DNA of 64,000 nt from NCBI GenBank assembly GCA_031395645.1, contig JANNJM010000014.1:2594-66593 (forward strand), read 5' to 3'. Below the pieces are notes generated by a model. The model was not told the DNA's origin. It did not search any database and saw only the letters and a program-made list of their open reading frames with translations. Both the position numbers and the translations under genes were made by a program. Every line of letters starts with the position of its first letter. Within the stretch, counting starts at the first letter, position 1. The stretch is from Gammaproteobacteria bacterium (GTDB lineage: Bacteria; Pseudomonadota; Gammaproteobacteria; Steroidobacterales; GCA-2729495). Of this stretch, positions 16,641 to 28,172 are shown piece by piece.

Positions 16641-17705
16641 CTAACTGGCGAGCCGGAGGCGGGCTTTGCCGGCTCCGAGCGCCCCGCCAAACAGGTCCTT
16701 GGGGTCCTCGAGTTCCGGCACGAGATCGATCTCGCGCCGCTGGCCGGACTGCTCGCCCTGCAGTCGGTATAGGAAGCGCAGCGCCGAGTAGTCCTCCAGT
16801 GCGAAGCCAACGGAGTCGAAGATGGTGATGTCGTCACGGCCGGTTCTCCCCGGCGAGAGGCCGCGTACCACATCGGCGAACTCGATAACCGGAAAGCCGG
16901 GCTCCATCTGCTGGATCTCGCCCTCGATGCGCGACTGCGGCTCGTATTCCACGACCACCCGTGCGCCGGGCAGGCGGAGAATGTCGGCGTGCAACTCCGT
17001 CTTGCCGGGGCAGTCGCCGCCGACGGCATTGAGGTGCATGCCAGGTGCGACCATCGGCGGGGTGAGAATCACGGCATTGCGCTTGTCGGCAGTCACCGTG
17101 GTGACGATGTCGGCGCCACGGCAGGCCTCGGCGGTCGACGCGGCGCGCGTGACCTTGAGGTCGGCAAGTTCCGGCAGGCTGCGAAGATTGCGCTCGAGTT
17201 TGGCGATCGCCAGCGGATCCACGTCGAACAGGCGCAGCTCGCGGATGCCGAGCAGCCTGTGAAAGCCGATGGTCTGGAATTCGGCCTGGGCGCCACAACC
17301 GATCAGCGCCATCACCCGGCTGTCGGGGCGTGCGAGGCGTCGCGCGACGAGCGCGGACATCGCGGCCGTGCGCAACGCCGTGGTGACAGTCAGTTCCGAG
17401 AGCAGCAGGGGATAGCCCGTCTCCACATCGGCGAGCACACCAAAGGCCGTGACGGTGAGCAGCCCGGCCGCGGTGTTCTGCGGGTGACCATTGACATACT
17501 TGAAGGTGTAGAGCCGGCCGTCGCTGGTGGGCATCAGTTCGATCACGCCAACCGGGGAGTGGCTGGCCAGCCGGGCCGACTTCTCGAATTCTGCCCAGCG
17601 CGCGTAGTCGGCTTCGATCTCGCCAGCGAGGCGCTCGATGAAGGTTGCCGGCCCGACCTGGTTGACGAGCCGCTGGATATCGCTGACGCCGATGTAGCTG
17701 ACCAT
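16641..17705 (-). CDS. ocd: ornithine cyclodeaminase
   Basis: 354 aa from ATG 17705. Mu-crystallin/OCD family: YTFKYVNGHPQN, LIGCGAQAEFQ Rossmann loop, NAVGGDCPGKTEL. It is the first gene of the operon. Confidence 0.8.
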   Translation of the reverse strand: MVSYIGVSDIQRLVNQVGPATFIERLAGEIEADYARWAEFEKSARLASHSPVGVIELMPTSDGRLYTFKYVNGHPQNTAAGLLTVTAFGVLADVETGYPLLLSELTVTTALRTAAMSALVARRLARPDSRVMALIGCGAQAEFQTIGFHRLLGIRELRLFDVDPLAIAKLERNLRSLPELADLKVTRAASTAEACRGADIVTTVTADKRNAVILTPPMVAPGMHLNAVGGDCPGKTELHADILRLPGARVVVEYEPQSRIEGEIQQMEPGFPVIEFADVVRGLSPGRTGRDDITIFDSVGFALEDYSALRFLYRLQGEQSGQRREIDLVPELEDPKDLFGGALGAGKARLRLAS

Positions 17706-17840
17706 GCACGAACTCCTGTGGACGGGGCTATCATCCTGCTGTTGCGGGATAATCAGAACCCCCAAAAGTGAACAGAATGCACGCTATGTTAGTCATAAAG
17801 ACAGCTATAGTTGGTCAATACGCCAAACCGAGGGCAAGCC

Positions 17841-18263
17841 GTGGATGACCTGGACCGCGAGTTGATCAGCCTGCTGCGCGCGGACGCGCGTGCGTCGGTG
17901 GCGTCGCTCGCCAGTACCCTGAAGGTGGCCCGGGGCACGGTCCAGAACCGCATGGCGAGGCTCGAGCAGGACGGCACGATTGCCGGTTACACCGTCCGGC
18001 TACGACCCCAGGTCGACGAGCACCGCATCCGCGCGCAGATGACGATCGCTGTCGAGGGTAACAGCGCGGACGCGGTCCTGCGTACCTTGCGCGGAGACCC
18101 GGCCGTGGAGACGCTGCACACCACCAACGGCCGCTGGGACATCATTGCGGAGTTGCGCGCCAACAGCCTGGAGGATTTCGACAAGGTGCTCCGTCGCATC
18201 CGCCTCGTCGCCGGCATTACCAATTCGGAAACCAATCTGCTGCTGTCGACGTATAAGCTCTAG
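17841..18263 (+). CDS. Lrp/AsnC-family transcriptional regulator
   Basis: An HTH (LDRELISLLRADARASVASLASTLKVARGTVQNRMARLEQDG) is followed by a RAM/AsnC_trans_reg domain. GTG 17841 has GAGGG 6 nt upstream; the alternative start is TTG 17811. It is divergent from ocd. Confidence 0.8.
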   Translation: MDDLDRELISLLRADARASVASLASTLKVARGTVQNRMARLEQDGTIAGYTVRLRPQVDEHRIRAQMTIAVEGNSADAVLRTLRGDPAVETLHTTNGRWDIIAELRANSLEDFDKVLRRIRLVAGITNSETNLLLSTYKL

Positions 18264-18289
18264 CAATCCTTCCGCGAGAGGCTGCAGCT

Positions 18290-19114
18290 ATGACATCTCC
18301 GGTTACCGCCGGCGGCACGCTGGTTCGACGCCACCGCCTGTCCACCCGCCTCTGGCACTGGATCAACGCGGTCACGATCTTCATCATGCTGATGAGCGGG
18401 CTCATGATCTTCAACGCTCACCCGCACCTGTACTGGGGGAAGTACGGCGCCAATGCGGACCCAGCCTGGCTCAGCATTGGCTCCGATGGGAACCGGGGCT
18501 TCGTCGACCTTGGCTCCGCCCGCATCCCGACCACCGGTGTCCTCGGCCGCTGGACTGACCCGAACGGCCAGGTTCAGCGCCGCGCTTTTCCTTACTGGGC
18601 AACGATTCCGTCCCGCTACAACTTGGCGCTGGCCCGACGGTGGCACCTGGCATTTGCCTGGGTGCTGGTATTGGGCGGGCTGGGCTACTGGGCGAGGAGT
18701 TTTGCCAACGGCCACGTACGGCGTGATCTGGCACCGAGCCGGGGCGAGCTTGCACCGGCGCACATCTGGCACGACATCAAGAACCATGCGCGGTTGCGTT
18801 TTCCGACCGGCGCGGCCGCGCTCAAATACAACATCCTGCAGAAGTTCGCCTACCTCGGTGTGCTATTTGTGCTACTGCCACTGGTCGTGCTGACGGGCAT
18901 CACGATGTCCCCGGGGATGAATGCGGCCTGGCCGTGGTTGCTGGATCTTTTCGGCGGACGTCAGTCCGCGCGTTCGATTCATTTCATCGCCATGGCACTG
19001 ATCACGGCGTTCATCGTCGTGCACCTGCTGATGGTGATTCTTGCAGGCCCGTGGAACGAAGTGCGGTCCATGATCACCGGTCGCTACCGGCTGCCAAAGG
19101 AGCGGGCATCGTGA
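18290..19114 (+). CDS. membrane b-type cytochrome (PF01292-like) partner of a Mo-oxidoreductase
   Basis: 274 aa. It has RLWHWINAVTIFIMLMSG and further His-containing TM helices, as in Ni/Fe-hydrogenase-type cytochrome b and thiosulfate-reductase cytochrome b subunits. Confidence 0.7.
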   Translation: MTSPVTAGGTLVRRHRLSTRLWHWINAVTIFIMLMSGLMIFNAHPHLYWGKYGANADPAWLSIGSDGNRGFVDLGSARIPTTGVLGRWTDPNGQVQRRAFPYWATIPSRYNLALARRWHLAFAWVLVLGGLGYWARSFANGHVRRDLAPSRGELAPAHIWHDIKNHARLRFPTGAAALKYNILQKFAYLGVLFVLLPLVVLTGITMSPGMNAAWPWLLDLFGGRQSARSIHFIAMALITAFIVVHLLMVILAGPWNEVRSMITGRYRLPKERAS

Positions 19115-19866
19115 TTACGCGACGCAATCTGATCGTTGGTCTGGGCGCGGGCACCGGCAGCCTGCTCCTCAGTGGGTGCGACCGGCTTGGCCAGTCGCCG
19201 CGCTTCCAGTCCCTGCTGGACCTGGGGGAGAAGCTCACCTTTCGCGTGCAGCGGGGGCTAAGCGACCGCACGGCCCTGGCTGCGGAATTCAGCCCGGCCG
19301 ACATGTCGCCCGTCTTCCGCTCCAACGGCAACACCATGCCGCGCTCCACCGCTTATCGGCAGCACCTGGCGAGTAACTTCCGAGACTGGCGCCTCGTACT
19401 CGACGGGCTGGTTGGGAACCCCTTGTCCCTGTCGCTTGCGGATCTGCGCCGACTGCCAACCCGCACCCAGATCACGCGCCACGACTGCGTCGAGGGCTGG
19501 AGCGCGATTGGCAAATGGCACGGCGTGCCCCTCGGCATGCTGCTGCAGCAGGCGCAGTTGAGCAGCCAGGCGCGCTATCTGGTGTTTCACTGCGCCGACG
19601 ATTTCAGCGGCACGAACTACTACGAGTCCATCGATCTGGTCGATGCCTTCCACGCCCAGACCATCCTGGCCTGGGGCCTGAATGACCAGGCCCTGCCGGT
19701 TGCTAACGGCGCACCGCTGCGGCTGCGCGTTGAGCGGCAGCTGGGCTACAAGCACGCCAAGTACGTGATGGGGGTCGAGGCAGTCGACAGCCTGCAGGGC
19801 TTTGGGCAGGGCAGGGGCGGGTACTGGGAAGATCAGGTCAACTATGAGTGGTACGCGGGGATCTGA
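19111..19866 (+). CDS. molybdopterin-dependent oxidoreductase (sulfite-oxidase/YedY fold) with a Tat-lipoprotein signal
   Basis: 251 aa from GTG 19111, which overlaps the upstream stop (GTGA) and has AAGGAG upstream. It carries TRRNLIV followed by the LLSGC lipobox. The core motifs are TRHDCVEGWSAIGKWHGVPL and NGAPLRLRVERQLGYKHAKYV. Confidence 0.75.
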   Translation: MITRRNLIVGLGAGTGSLLLSGCDRLGQSPRFQSLLDLGEKLTFRVQRGLSDRTALAAEFSPADMSPVFRSNGNTMPRSTAYRQHLASNFRDWRLVLDGLVGNPLSLSLADLRRLPTRTQITRHDCVEGWSAIGKWHGVPLGMLLQQAQLSSQARYLVFHCADDFSGTNYYESIDLVDAFHAQTILAWGLNDQALPVANGAPLRLRVERQLGYKHAKYVMGVEAVDSLQGFGQGRGGYWEDQVNYEWYAGI

Positions 19867-19869
19867 GGG

Positions 19870-20868
19870 CTATTTCTGCGCTGGCAGGGGCGTGTTCTCG
19901 CGGGCGTAGACGCTGAAGCTCGAATCGTTCTTGCTGCCCCAGGTGTCCGGTGACGGCGCCTGAAAATACGCGGGCAGACGCTCCTTGATAATTGCCTTGA
20001 GATCCGGCGGCAGTTGATCCGCCGACTGGAGTTTCGTCATGAAGGTGCGGAACACCAGGCTGCCGTCGGCCTGGCCCTGACGCATCCACGGCAACCAGGG
20101 GCCGACGCGGGTCCACGTGCCGGAGAAATCGGCGCTCGTGGTGTCCGGGTTTTCCGCATCAGCGAGGCTGGCAACGCGCTGAAAGATTTCCGCAATGCGC
20201 AGCACCGTGCCGGCGGACTCCCGCGGCCACTTTTCCGGGGTGAGTTCGCTCGGAAACGCAGTGTGCACCTCGAAAGTCGAGAACAGTTTGTCGCCGAAAA
20301 CATTCCAGCCCAGCGGCAAAGGCACCTGCATGAGCTTGCCGTCGAAATCCATCTCGATGGCAGTGCCAAATTTCGGACTCACGATCAGGTGCGCATTGAC
20401 CGTCATGTTGTGGATGGATTTAACGTCACACATCTCGCCGGTGTATGGGTTTTTCCACTGGTCGATGAACTTGCCGGTCTTGAGGTCCGTATAAAACGCG
20501 CATTCCCGGTTGAAAACCCGGAATGAGCCGTCCGGTTGCGCTTCGGTGCGCACTACGCCGAAACCCTGTATGCCAAGCAGCGGCTGCAGCGGACGATCGC
20601 GCCGTGTATCGCCGAAGATGGTGCCGCCAAACCAGCCTGGCGTTTCCTTCGTCGGGTCGAGATCCCCCGTTAGCTTGATAAATGACCGCAGGCTCTGCAC
20701 CGGATCGGCGAAATCCACCGGCACACGCTTTGCCCCGGCCACCGGCGGCCGGCTGGCAGTGGCGCAGGCACCCAGCAGCATGCTGCCAGCGGCCATGCCG
20801 CCGATGCCAAGAGCTGACTGCAGGGTTGCACGCCGGCTCTGCGGCTGGTTCATCCAGTTACTGTCCAT
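19870..20868 (-). CDS. DUF1838-family protein, Tat/lipoprotein-type signal (paralogue 1)
   Basis: 332 aa. It has SRRATLQSALGIGG...LLGAC at the N-terminus. It shares the block FYTDLKTGKFIDQWKNPYTGEMCDV with the ORF at 27256-28080. Confidence 0.6.
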   Translation of the reverse strand: MDSNWMNQPQSRRATLQSALGIGGMAAGSMLLGACATASRPPVAGAKRVPVDFADPVQSLRSFIKLTGDLDPTKETPGWFGGTIFGDTRRDRPLQPLLGIQGFGVVRTEAQPDGSFRVFNRECAFYTDLKTGKFIDQWKNPYTGEMCDVKSIHNMTVNAHLIVSPKFGTAIEMDFDGKLMQVPLPLGWNVFGDKLFSTFEVHTAFPSELTPEKWPRESAGTVLRIAEIFQRVASLADAENPDTTSADFSGTWTRVGPWLPWMRQGQADGSLVFRTFMTKLQSADQLPPDLKAIIKERLPAYFQAPSPDTWGSKNDSSFSVYARENTPLPAQK

Positions 20869-20940
20869 TGTGTCTCTCCATCAGGGCTACCAATCAGCGG
20901 CGTACCACGGTCTTCACGCCACTCTAGTGTAACCGACAGG

Positions 20941-21060
20941 CAGGTCGGGCTCGACTCGAAGAGTGACCCGGCAATCGAATCACTAACTACAGAGGAGCGC
21001 GAGGATCTTGTCGGGTTTATCCGCGCATTGACTGATCGGCAGTTCGTCAGCGCGCGGTAG
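20941..21060 (+). pseudogene. orphan C-terminal fragment resembling a di-haem cytochrome c peroxidase/MauG-type tail
   Basis: The reading frame ending at TAG 21058-21060 gives ...GLDSKSDPAIESLTTEEREDLVGFIRALTDRQFVSAR. The L(T/S)xEExxDLVAFLxxLTD ending is typical of that family. No start codon or upstream body is present. Confidence 0.3.
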
Positions 21061-21102
21061 TCAGCACTGGCGAAACGGCTGGTGCGGCGCTATCTTGCAG
21101 GC

Positions 21103-21492
21103 ATGGACGGCGGCACCGGCGGCAACCCACAGGTCAACGTGTTTGGCGAGCCGCTCGTGACCTGTGGCACCCGCCCGATGACCGGGTGGTATCGCAACGG
21201 CTGCTGCGAAACGGCTGCGGACGATTTCGGTTCCCACACGGTGTGTGTGGCCGTCACTGCCGAGTTTCTGGCCTTCTCGAAGGCGCAGGGCAACGATCTC
21301 AGCACGCCACAACCGGCGTCCGGCTTTCCCGGCCTGCAGCCCGGTGACCGCTGGTGCCTGTGCGCGGCGCGCTGGCTCGAAGCGCAGCAGGCCGGCAGTG
21401 CACCCCGGGTCTACCTGCGGGCGACCCATCGTCGCGCACTGGAGATCATCGACCTGCATGTTCTCAAGGCCAACGCGCTAGACCTTTCCTGA
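21103..21492 (+). CDS. DUF2237-family protein
   Basis: 129 aa from ATG 21103. [58 protein letters not shown]...[11 protein letters not shown] is the characteristic DUF2237 core. Confidence 0.7.
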   Translation: MDGGTGGNPQVNVFGEPLVTCGTRPMTGWYRNGCCETAADDFGSHTVCVAVTAEFLAFSKAQGNDLSTPQPASGFPGLQPGDRWCLCAARWLEAQQAGSAPRVYLRATHRRALEIIDLHVLKANALDLS

Positions 21493-22179
21493 CCGGTCGC
21501 CCATCACCACCATCTTCCGCGCTTCCTCCACGAACTTGTCGGCGGAGCCGTCTCCCGTAGGCATCGGCCGGCCGACCGGCACCTCAATGCCCCGCTGACA
21601 GGCCGGCCGCGCGGCCAGTTGTGCAACCCAGCGGCTCAGATGGGGCAGGCCGTCCAGCGACACGCCGGACCAGTTGTGTGTGCGCACCCAGGACCAGTTC
21701 GCAATGTCGGCAATCGAGTATTCGCCTGCCAGGAACTGCCGGTCAGCAAGGTGCGTGTCGAGCACACCGAACAGGCGGCGGACTTCCGTCTGGTAGCGGT
21801 CGATGGCGGGCTGGATCTTTTCCGGAAAGTAGCGGAAGAAGACATTCGCCTGGCCCATCATCGGACCGATGCCGCCCATCTGGAACATCAGCCACTGAAT
21901 CACCGTGGAACGGCCGTGCGGGTCGGTAGGCATCAGGCGCCCGGTTTTTTCCGCGAGGTAGATGAGGATAGCGCCGGATTCGAATACGGGAAAATTGTTC
22001 GCGTCCCGGTCGACGATAGCCGGGATCCGGCCGTTCGGATTGATGCGCAGGAACTCCGGGCGCTTCTGCTCGAGCTTGCCCATGTCAATCGAGTGCACGG
22101 TGTAGGGGAGGCCGAGCTCCTCCAGCGCGATGGAAATCTTGTGGCCATTTGGTGTGGCAGCGGTGTAGAGGTCGATCAT
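21478..22179 (-). CDS. glutathione S-transferase family protein
   Basis: 233 aa from ATG 22179; the track ORF is extended to 22296. It has a thioredoxin-like N-domain ([24 protein letters not shown]...[12 protein letters not shown]...[11 protein letters not shown]) and an alpha-helical C-domain. Confidence 0.8.
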   Translation of the reverse strand: MIDLYTAATPNGHKISIALEELGLPYTVHSIDMGKLEQKRPEFLRINPNGRIPAIVDRDANNFPVFESGAILIYLAEKTGRLMPTDPHGRSTVIQWLMFQMGGIGPMMGQANVFFRYFPEKIQPAIDRYQTEVRRLFGVLDTHLADRQFLAGEYSIADIANWSWVRTHNWSGVSLDGLPHLSRWVAQLAARPACQRGIEVPVGRPMPTGDGSADKFVEEARKMVVMGDRSGKV

Positions 22180-22276
22180 CGGGACTCTGGCTCCTGGTTG
22201 GAAAAACGCGGGGATCGCCTCATACAGCGAGGACACAAAGTCGGCGGGGCACGGGTTACCCGATGGCGAGAGGCAC

Positions 22277-22305
22277 TGGCACCCGAATGGTGCCACAGGT
22301 TTTTT
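22277..22305 (+). terminator. terminator-like hairpin plus T-run inside a divergent intergenic region
   Basis: TGGCACC (22277-22283) pairs with GGTGCCA (22289-22295) across a 5-nt loop. CAGG and then TTTTTT (22300-22305) follow. No obvious plus-strand gene ends here. Confidence 0.3.
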
Positions 22306-22441
22306 CTGGTTTCAGCCCGTGTGCCTGATCCAGAGGTAACGGCTACGTGCACTAACGTACAGAGATCGTTCCGTTGTCCGACCAGAATGCGGCCTGCGAC
22401 TCATCCGACCCTTACCAGGGCCATGTCCAGGAGGACACTCA

Positions 22442-23152
22442 ATGCTTCATGAACGAAAGTTACTGCTACGCACCGTGCTGGCTACGGCGATCGCTATCCC
22501 GCTGGCCCTGCCTGCGACTGCCTTCGCGGCCGCGGACCTCAGCTACACCTACTTCGAGGCCAACTACATCAACCTCGATATCGATGACTTCAATGACGAC
22601 GACGGTCTCGCCGAGGACTTCGATGACGGTAATGGCTGGGGCCTGAGGGCCTCCATTGCGTTCACACCCATGTTCTTCGGCTTCGCCACCTACTCGGAAA
22701 CCGACTCGGACGTGAGCTTTACCAGCGACGGCACCACGTTCTTTAGTTCGAGCCAGGATGTTGCGCGTCTTGACGTCGGCCTGGGACTCAATAAGCAGCT
22801 CAATATCGGCCTGCTCAAGGATCCGGATCTCGTGGTACGCGCGGCCTACGTGGACATCGATGTCGGCAACCTGGATATCGGCGGCAGCTCCGACCCGGCC
22901 ATCGACGACCTGAACGACGACGGGTCGGACGGCTGGTACACCGACGCCGCGCTGCGCTCGCAGATCCTGCCCCAGCTGGAAGTCAGTGCCGGCCTGCGCT
23001 ACACCGATGTCCAGGAGTCCAACGAGCTCAGTTTCATCGGCAATGCGATGTTCGAGTTCACCCCGAACTGGGGCGTGAACCTGACTGTCGATGCGGGTGA
23101 CGACATCCGCACGTATGCACTGGGCGTGCGCTACTCCTTCGCCCGCTTCTGA
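22442..23152 (+). CDS. outer-membrane beta-barrel protein
   Basis: 236 aa with AGGAGG upstream. It has a signal peptide (...ALPATAFAAAD), alternating beta-strand pattern, acidic loops and the C-terminal OMP signature ...YALGVRYSFARF. Confidence 0.7.
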   Translation: MLHERKLLLRTVLATAIAIPLALPATAFAAADLSYTYFEANYINLDIDDFNDDDGLAEDFDDGNGWGLRASIAFTPMFFGFATYSETDSDVSFTSDGTTFFSSSQDVARLDVGLGLNKQLNIGLLKDPDLVVRAAYVDIDVGNLDIGGSSDPAIDDLNDDGSDGWYTDAALRSQILPQLEVSAGLRYTDVQESNELSFIGNAMFEFTPNWGVNLTVDAGDDIRTYALGVRYSFARF

Positions 23153-23158
23153 TCGGCC

Positions 23159-23201
23159 GCCGGCGCCGCGACGCCCGTCTCCGGGTGGTCGCGGCGCCGG
23201 C
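23159..23201. terminator. bidirectional stem-loop between the convergent OMP and katG genes
   Basis: GCCGGCGCCGCGAC (23159-23172) is the exact reverse complement of GTCGCGGCGCCGGC (23188-23201). The loop itself contains the inner pair CCCG/CGGG. Confidence 0.55.
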
Positions 23202-23243
23202 TTCAACCGTTCGCTGAATGATAAGGACCCGGTCCTGCCCGAC

Positions 23244-25589
<2,346 letters not shown>

Positions 25590-25603
25590 CTATACTCCGA
25601 CTG

Positions 25604-27223
25604 ATGCCGAAGCGATTCCCCTCATCGGGATCATCCGCCCCCCGTTACCAGGGCCCGGCCCTGGCCAATCCCGTCCCGGAGACGACCGTGCCGCGATTCA
25701 TCCGGCAGCAGGCGAAGCAGTGGCCGGATGCCATTGCGCTGGTGGAGGCCGCCACTGGCCGTGAACTGAGCTTCGCAGCGCTCGACCGGATGATTGGCCG
25801 CGTCGCCGCCGGCCTGGCGATGCATGGGCTGCGACCCGGCGACACCCTGCTGATGTTCGCGCCCAACCTGCCCGAATGGCCGGTGATGGCCCTGGGCGCA
25901 ATGGCCGCCGGCGGGGTGTTGAGCGGCGCGAATCCGCTGTATGCCGTGGACGATCTGGCACACCAGATGCGCGACGCCGGAGCGCGCTTCGTCTGTACCC
26001 TGCCGCCGCTGCTCGCCAAAGTGCGCGAGGCCGCCGCGCTGGCCGGATGCGGGCACATCGTGCTCATCGGTGGCGAGGCCGAAGGCACCATCAGTTTCGA
26101 CTCGTTACTCGCCTGCACCGGCCCCGAACCCGAAGTGCCGGACGACCCCGACGCGGTCGCGGCGCTACCGTACTCGTCCGGGACGACCGGCAGGGCCAAG
26201 GGCGTGGTGCTGACCCACCGCATGATCGTCGCCAACGTCTGCCAGCTCGGGCAAGCCGCTGCAGACGAGCCGCGCAGTATCGGGCTCGCCTTCCTGCCGA
26301 TGTTCCACATCTTCGGCTTCACGGTGGTCACGCTGCACGGGCTCGCGCGCGGCAACTCGCTCGTGACGTTGCCGCACTTCGAACCTGAGTCGTTCCTGCA
26401 GGCGATCGCGACATACCGCGTCAACCAGCTGCTGCTAGTGCCCCCGGTGCTGCAGTTTCTGGCGGCCCATCCGCTCGTGGACCGTTACGACCTGTCGTCG
26501 CTCGAGAGCATCGGCTGCGGGGCCGCGCCGCTCGGCGCAGCGTTGCAGCAGAAGGCCGCCGCACGGTTGAGGTGCGAAGTATTCCAGGGCTTCGGTATGA
26601 CCGAGTCCTCGGGTTGTCTCGCGGCCGGGCGCTCCGACCAGCAACGCGTCGGCGCAAGCGGGTGCCTGTTGCCCGGAACAGCAGCCCGTATCATCGAACC
26701 GGCCAGCGGCAACGACCTGCCACCGGGGGAAGCGGGTGAGCTGTGGTTCCGCGGCCCGCAGGCATTCAAGGGCTACCTGAACCAGCCCGAGTCGACCGCG
26801 GCGACGATTACTCCCGACGGCTGGGTACGCACGGGCGACATCGGCTTCATCGACGCCGACGGTTATCTGTTCATCACCGACAGACTCAAGGAACTGATCA
26901 AGGTCAAAGGCTTTCAGGTGGCTCCAGCCGAACTCGAAGCACTCCTCATCACCCACCCTTTGGTGGCCGACGTGGCGGTGATCGGTCGCCCCGACGAGCG
27001 CGCCGGCGAGGTGCCCGTGGCGTACGTCGTCCCGCGGAACGGCTTCGATGCCGCGGCACTGATGGCCTGGATGGCCGAGCGGGTGGTGACCTACAAGCAG
27101 GTCGCCGACGTGGTGGTGTGTGACGCGATCCCAAAGAGCCCCTCGGGAAAGATCCTGCGACGCGTCGTGCGCGACCTGGACGCGCAGCGTCCTGCCACGG
27201 GCCGGGCAGCACCGGATCTCTGA
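25604..27223 (+). CDS. AMP-dependent acyl-CoA synthetase/ligase (4-coumarate-CoA-ligase-like)
   Basis: 539 aa with the AMP-binding motifs LPYSSGTTGRAKGVVLTH and GWVRTGDIG, and SPSGKILRR at the C-terminus. Confidence 0.85.
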   Translation: MPKRFPSSGSSAPRYQGPALANPVPETTVPRFIRQQAKQWPDAIALVEAATGRELSFAALDRMIGRVAAGLAMHGLRPGDTLLMFAPNLPEWPVMALGAMAAGGVLSGANPLYAVDDLAHQMRDAGARFVCTLPPLLAKVREAAALAGCGHIVLIGGEAEGTISFDSLLACTGPEPEVPDDPDAVAALPYSSGTTGRAKGVVLTHRMIVANVCQLGQAAADEPRSIGLAFLPMFHIFGFTVVTLHGLARGNSLVTLPHFEPESFLQAIATYRVNQLLLVPPVLQFLAAHPLVDRYDLSSLESIGCGAAPLGAALQQKAAARLRCEVFQGFGMTESSGCLAAGRSDQQRVGASGCLLPGTAARIIEPASGNDLPPGEAGELWFRGPQAFKGYLNQPESTAATITPDGWVRTGDIGFIDADGYLFITDRLKELIKVKGFQVAPAELEALLITHPLVADVAVIGRPDERAGEVPVAYVVPRNGFDAAALMAWMAERVVTYKQVADVVVCDAIPKSPSGKILRRVVRDLDAQRPATGRAAPDL

Positions 27224-27255
27224 CTCCCGACAGGCAAACACGCAGCAGTTGCGCA

Positions 27256-28080
27256 TCAAGCGGTCAGCACTCCCAGGGGATCCTTCAGCACGTCGGGGTG
27301 AAGTCGCCGCGTCAGCTCGAGGAAGTAGGGCGGCAGTTCGGCAACGCTCGCCACGCGCATGCCGGCGCCTCTGGCCAGCGTGTGTCCCGGCGTGTCGCCG
27401 AACCCCATCCAGGGGCGGTATGTGATGAGGCTCTGGTATTGCACCTGGGTGGGCACCGTGGCCCGGGCGGGATCGTCGAGCTCCGATTTGCGCGCCTGAA
27501 AGGTGCTGAGCTCGTTGTAGACGAAAGGCCGTGGCCCCGGCGGCCCGTCGATATTGATCTGCTCGGTCACCCAGACGTTGTCGCCCACGACGACCGGCGG
27601 CTGGAAAATGTGCTGCAACTGCATTCCCGCTGCTTCGCCGGAGAGCCTCGGCACCGTCAGCCCGTCGGCCGTGAGCACGATGCGGGACGGCCCCATACGG
27701 GTGAGCGGCACGTCGACCGTCGTGCCGGTGACCGGGTTCTTCCACTTCTCCAGCAGTTTGCCGGTGTTCAAGTCGGTGAAATAGCCAATCTCCAGCGCAC
27801 GGGCCTCGAAGGCATCGGCGCTGATGCGCCGGTACTGGCTGAAAGTCGCGGCGAGGATACCCATCATCGGGATCGCCCGGTGTTCCGGCAGGGCGTAGCG
27901 CGCGCCGACTACGTAGCCCAGCACGAGGCGGTCATCGGTGGCGCCCCGCAGTTTGGCGAGTGCGGTGAGCAGGTCGCGCTTGTTGCCAAGGTCAAGCCCG
28001 GCAAGGGGCCAGGCCGGTCGCATGGCCATGGCAAACGTGAGACCACCCAGACCGGTCAGGAGGGATCTGCGATCGAGCAT
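27256..28080 (-). CDS. DUF1838-family protein, Tat signal (paralogue 2)
   Basis: 274 aa. It has MLDRRSLLTGLGGLTFAMA at the N-terminus and the block YFTDLNTGKLLEKWKNPVTGTTVDV, parallel to the ORF at 19870-20868. Confidence 0.6.
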   Translation of the reverse strand: MLDRRSLLTGLGGLTFAMAMRPAWPLAGLDLGNKRDLLTALAKLRGATDDRLVLGYVVGARYALPEHRAIPMMGILAATFSQYRRISADAFEARALEIGYFTDLNTGKLLEKWKNPVTGTTVDVPLTRMGPSRIVLTADGLTVPRLSGEAAGMQLQHIFQPPVVVGDNVWVTEQINIDGPPGPRPFVYNELSTFQARKSELDDPARATVPTQVQYQSLITYRPWMGFGDTPGHTLARGAGMRVASVAELPPYFLELTRRLHPDVLKDPLGVLTA

Positions 28081-28172
28081 CGGCTAACACTCCGTGAAAG
28101 CGTTGCGGGCGCGTGTCGGCAATATTACAGTTCCCGGCCTCGCCTGAGGGTGCAACCGGAGTGCAACCCAAG

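Noticed and set aside
22560-22960. Asp-rich repeats in the OMP gene (DIDDFNDDDGLAEDFDDGNG, DDLNDDGSDG) as a tandem DNA repeat or a calcium-binding RTX-like array.
   Set aside because: The acidic stretches are short loop segments, without nucleotide-level tandem repetition and without the GGxGxD nonapeptide periodicity.
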